A stretch of DNA of 63,997 nucleotides, counting the filler, from Octopus bimaculoides (Eukaryota), in assembly GCF_001194135.2 (NCBI RefSeq). It is 9 parts of 9 records of this genome, joined end to end, with 100 filler letters (N's around TTAATTAATTAA, not from the genome) between each part and the next. Parts side by side here need not be neighbours in the genome. Positions count along the whole stretch, not along the records: positions 60,456 to 62,868 come from NC_068981.1; positions 62,969 to 63,997 come from NW_026328691.1; 7 more parts are not named here. One strand, given 5' to 3'. Both the position numbers and the translations under genes were made by a program. The notes beneath the pieces are model-generated. The model was not told where the DNA came from. It ran no database searches and saw only the letters and a program-made list of their open reading frames with translations. Shown here piece by piece: positions 61,471-63,997 of the stretch (the stretch's first letter is position 1; every line of letters begins with the position of its first letter).

Positions 61471-62518
61471 CCTTTCTTAAACGACGGAACGAACTCAAGT
61501 CTTTTAGTGGCAAAAAAAAAAGGCGTTGTTTATCACCAAAATTAATTAACGTTTCTCACCTCTCATTTCATTCCATTTTCCACTAATTGTTGTCTCCCGC
61601 CTTTATGAATTCTTTTTATCCTCTCCCTCGCTGCATCTGTCTGTAGTCTATGTACTTGATTATGCCGCTATGTATGGTCTAAGCCTAGAGGGAAATTGAA
61701 AGTGTGAGCTTCATTGAGTCAACCTTTGTATCTCTACACAGACCACTTCCCTCTATTTTCCAATGCCTTAGGTTCAGGAGGTTAAGAACCACGTCACAGA
61801 TATAGCAACCCTCCCCACCACCCAAAAAGTTCTTTCCATTTCATTTCCTGCTTAATCACAACTCCCCCAAAGCGACATACTGTCTCTGTTAGCTACATTG
61901 CATCAAATTCCCATAGCATCTTCTGGTCTCTTCCTTCATTACTTGGTTGACTATAACATTCCACCTCAAGATTTATGGCTTGTTATGGTCTAAATGCGAA
62001 ACTTCTGAGGTATTCCCTATTGGTCAGTGGGGATCCTACAATATCCCCATACTTTTGAAGCTCCACAAAAATTTGTGGCATCTCTGATGTCATCCTTTCC
62101 TTCCAAGTTGTAAGCCCCGAAGAGGAAGAACGTATGCCATAATAGTTCTAATGGCACAACGTTAATATAGTCTACACCTGACAAACATTTCTTCAGCTCG
62201 AATGACTAAGTTTCACTGTAATGTATTAATTACTTTGTCTCCCGTTCGTTCATACAAACGTATATATACAGTTTCAAGTCAACTCTGATTGAAGAAGCCA
62301 ATGATCAAAGGCCTTTAAATTATGACCACCCACATTTGTTTAGAGCATAGTGCCTGTAAGAGTATATAGTACAAAGTTTTTATCAAATTGTTTTAGATTG
62401 CAGGGCTTCATTTGACAGAAATTTGGCTAATATTCCTAGCCAATCCAGCAATCGTGTAGAGATTCTCTCGTTGGTTCATCAGTTTTTAAAAGTACTTTTT
62501 CGATGTTGTTGTTGTTGA

Positions 62519-62868
62519 TATTATTATTATTATTTTATGTTTGACTTTTGTTTTGCATTTGTACAAGTTGGATCCAAGTCTCACACAGAGACTTCAAGAG
62601 ACAACAAGTTAGAAGTTCATGTAGGTGTTATGCCTATGGTACCATATATTTGGATTTGTACAGTTTTGTTCAAGTGAATGTTTAAGAAACCATTAGAAAA
62701 TTATGTGTTTGCTTTAAAATTTGAGATCACATAGACAGTATTTTACGTAGGATATGGGCAGTTCCCATGAGCACTATCTTTTGAACTTCAGCCATTTTGG
62801 GGTTTCCTGGTATCTGAGCTAGGTAGTAATCAGCCCGTTTCGCTGTCATTCCCAGGGCACCTATGACA
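62519..62868 (-). mobile_element. R4/Dong-like LINE 3' end, same young family as 50387-50658
   Basis: VIGALGMTAKRADYYLAQIPGNPKMAEVQKIVLMGTAHILRKILSM*, UTR and (AAT)n tail; cut by the spacer. Confidence 0.88.
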
Positions 62869-62968
62869 NNNNNNNNNNNNNNNNNNNNNNNNNNNNNNNN
62901 NNNNNNNNNNNNTTAATTAATTAANNNNNNNNNNNNNNNNNNNNNNNNNNNNNNNNNNNNNNNNNNNN
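62869..62968. other. Artificial 100-bp scaffold spacer
   Basis: N44-TTAATTAATTAA-N44. Confidence 0.97.
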
Positions 62969-63997
62969 AGGGAAAGGGAAAGGGGTAAACAATATACATG
63001 GATGATATGGTTATAAAACTTCTTTGGCTTTAGTGACAAACTACTATAGGTGGTGGGGTCTTTACTAGCAGACCAGTTTATAATGGAGCAGGGGAAGTTT
63101 TAGCATAAGGCACCTAGGTCAAAAGTATATAAAATAAAAGTTGTTGTATGTGTACAGATATAGTAAATGTTCATTCATAGTTTTCATTAATCAGAATAAT
63201 GTTTCAGTATCGTTTTACATATGCTAAGTTTGAAAAACTTGAGATACCAATATTTGCTAATTTAATATGTGAATAAATAAAAGCTAATTATAAATTAATA
63301 ATTAAATAAAGAATAAAAAGAAATAGTGTATAGCAATGTAACTAATCAATCAATGCAGCATGCAAAAATCATGAAGTGGTATTAATTTAAAATGCTCTAG
63401 TAAAGTACATTTAGACTTATTTACACCAATATAAAGAACCTTAGATAAGATGTGAAATTAAATTTTTTTTTATATATATTGGACTAAAAATTTTTTTTAA
63501 ATTAAACTTATATATCTAATATCATTTAAAGGACACATAAGAGATAAAATTTATTTTATAACTAATGTAAAGAACTTATACATAGGATTTACATGGTTTA
63601 TAATGATGGACTCATCAAGGTTTAAGAAACTGATAAAATGAATGATTTGAATTAACATAGATTATAATGGTGAGCTAAACTACTAATAGAGAACATGATA
63701 ATTATGTACTAATTTAATTAGACCATACTATGTTAAATTATCAGGAAACTTGTGTTAACTAACATAGGCTAAGTACAAAATAATAATGGAACAAAGATTA
63801 GATTTATTTAAGTCACCCATAAATAACAATAATAATACTACAACAACTGTGGAATAACATGAATCCTTTAGGGTCAGGCATCAAATAAAATTTTAAAAGG
63901 TTTGAAAACTATAAGAACTATTAAGAAATTTCAAATCATCCTATTCATTTTAGTTAAGTAAGGTACACACTAAACTAACAGCAATAGCAAAAGTGAT

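Noticed and set aside
61560-62160. Possible L1/Tx1-type LINE remnant
   Set aside because: Could not recover a convincing conserved motif in any frame.
62969-63997. Very AT-rich terminal piece as a mitochondrial insertion (NUMT)
   Set aside because: No recognisable mitochondrial protein, rRNA or tRNA motif on either strand; more likely intron, UTR or intergenic DNA.

Overview
AT-rich, microsatellite-dense animal DNA. The SINE families and repeat landscape suggest an octopus/coleoid cephalopod (inference). The window is not contiguous: eight identical 100-bp artificial spacers (N44-TTAATTAATTAA-N44) join nine separate pieces (1-2489, 2590-19729, 19830-39680, 39781-46604, 46705-51245, 51346-54805, 54906-60355, 60456-62868, 62969-63997). 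Host coding sequence is sparse. I can support one spliced gene on the minus strand, a 379-aa Myb/SANT-like (MSANTD/Harbinger-type) DNA-binding protein with a C-terminal coiled coil (exons 17694-16880 and 13207-12883), and one isolated chordin-type VWC-domain exon (29841-29741, minus). The rest is mostly mobile DNA: tRNA-headed SINE families with swappable modules, RTE, R4/Dong-like, HERO-like and CR1/L2-type LINE fragments, a Penelope-like GIY-YIG fragment, three mariner remnants and several MITE/foldback elements. The most notable signals are minimal hammerhead-ribozyme-like motifs in Penelope-type repeats (one inside a MITE), chained insertion of R4/Dong-like LINEs into (TAA)n microsatellites, SINE head/tail module swapping at a shared AAATGAG junction, and long hairpins in the introns of the Myb/SANT gene. 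Family names were assigned from remembered motifs, not database searches. Most ORFs in the supplied track are microsatellite or N-gap artefacts.
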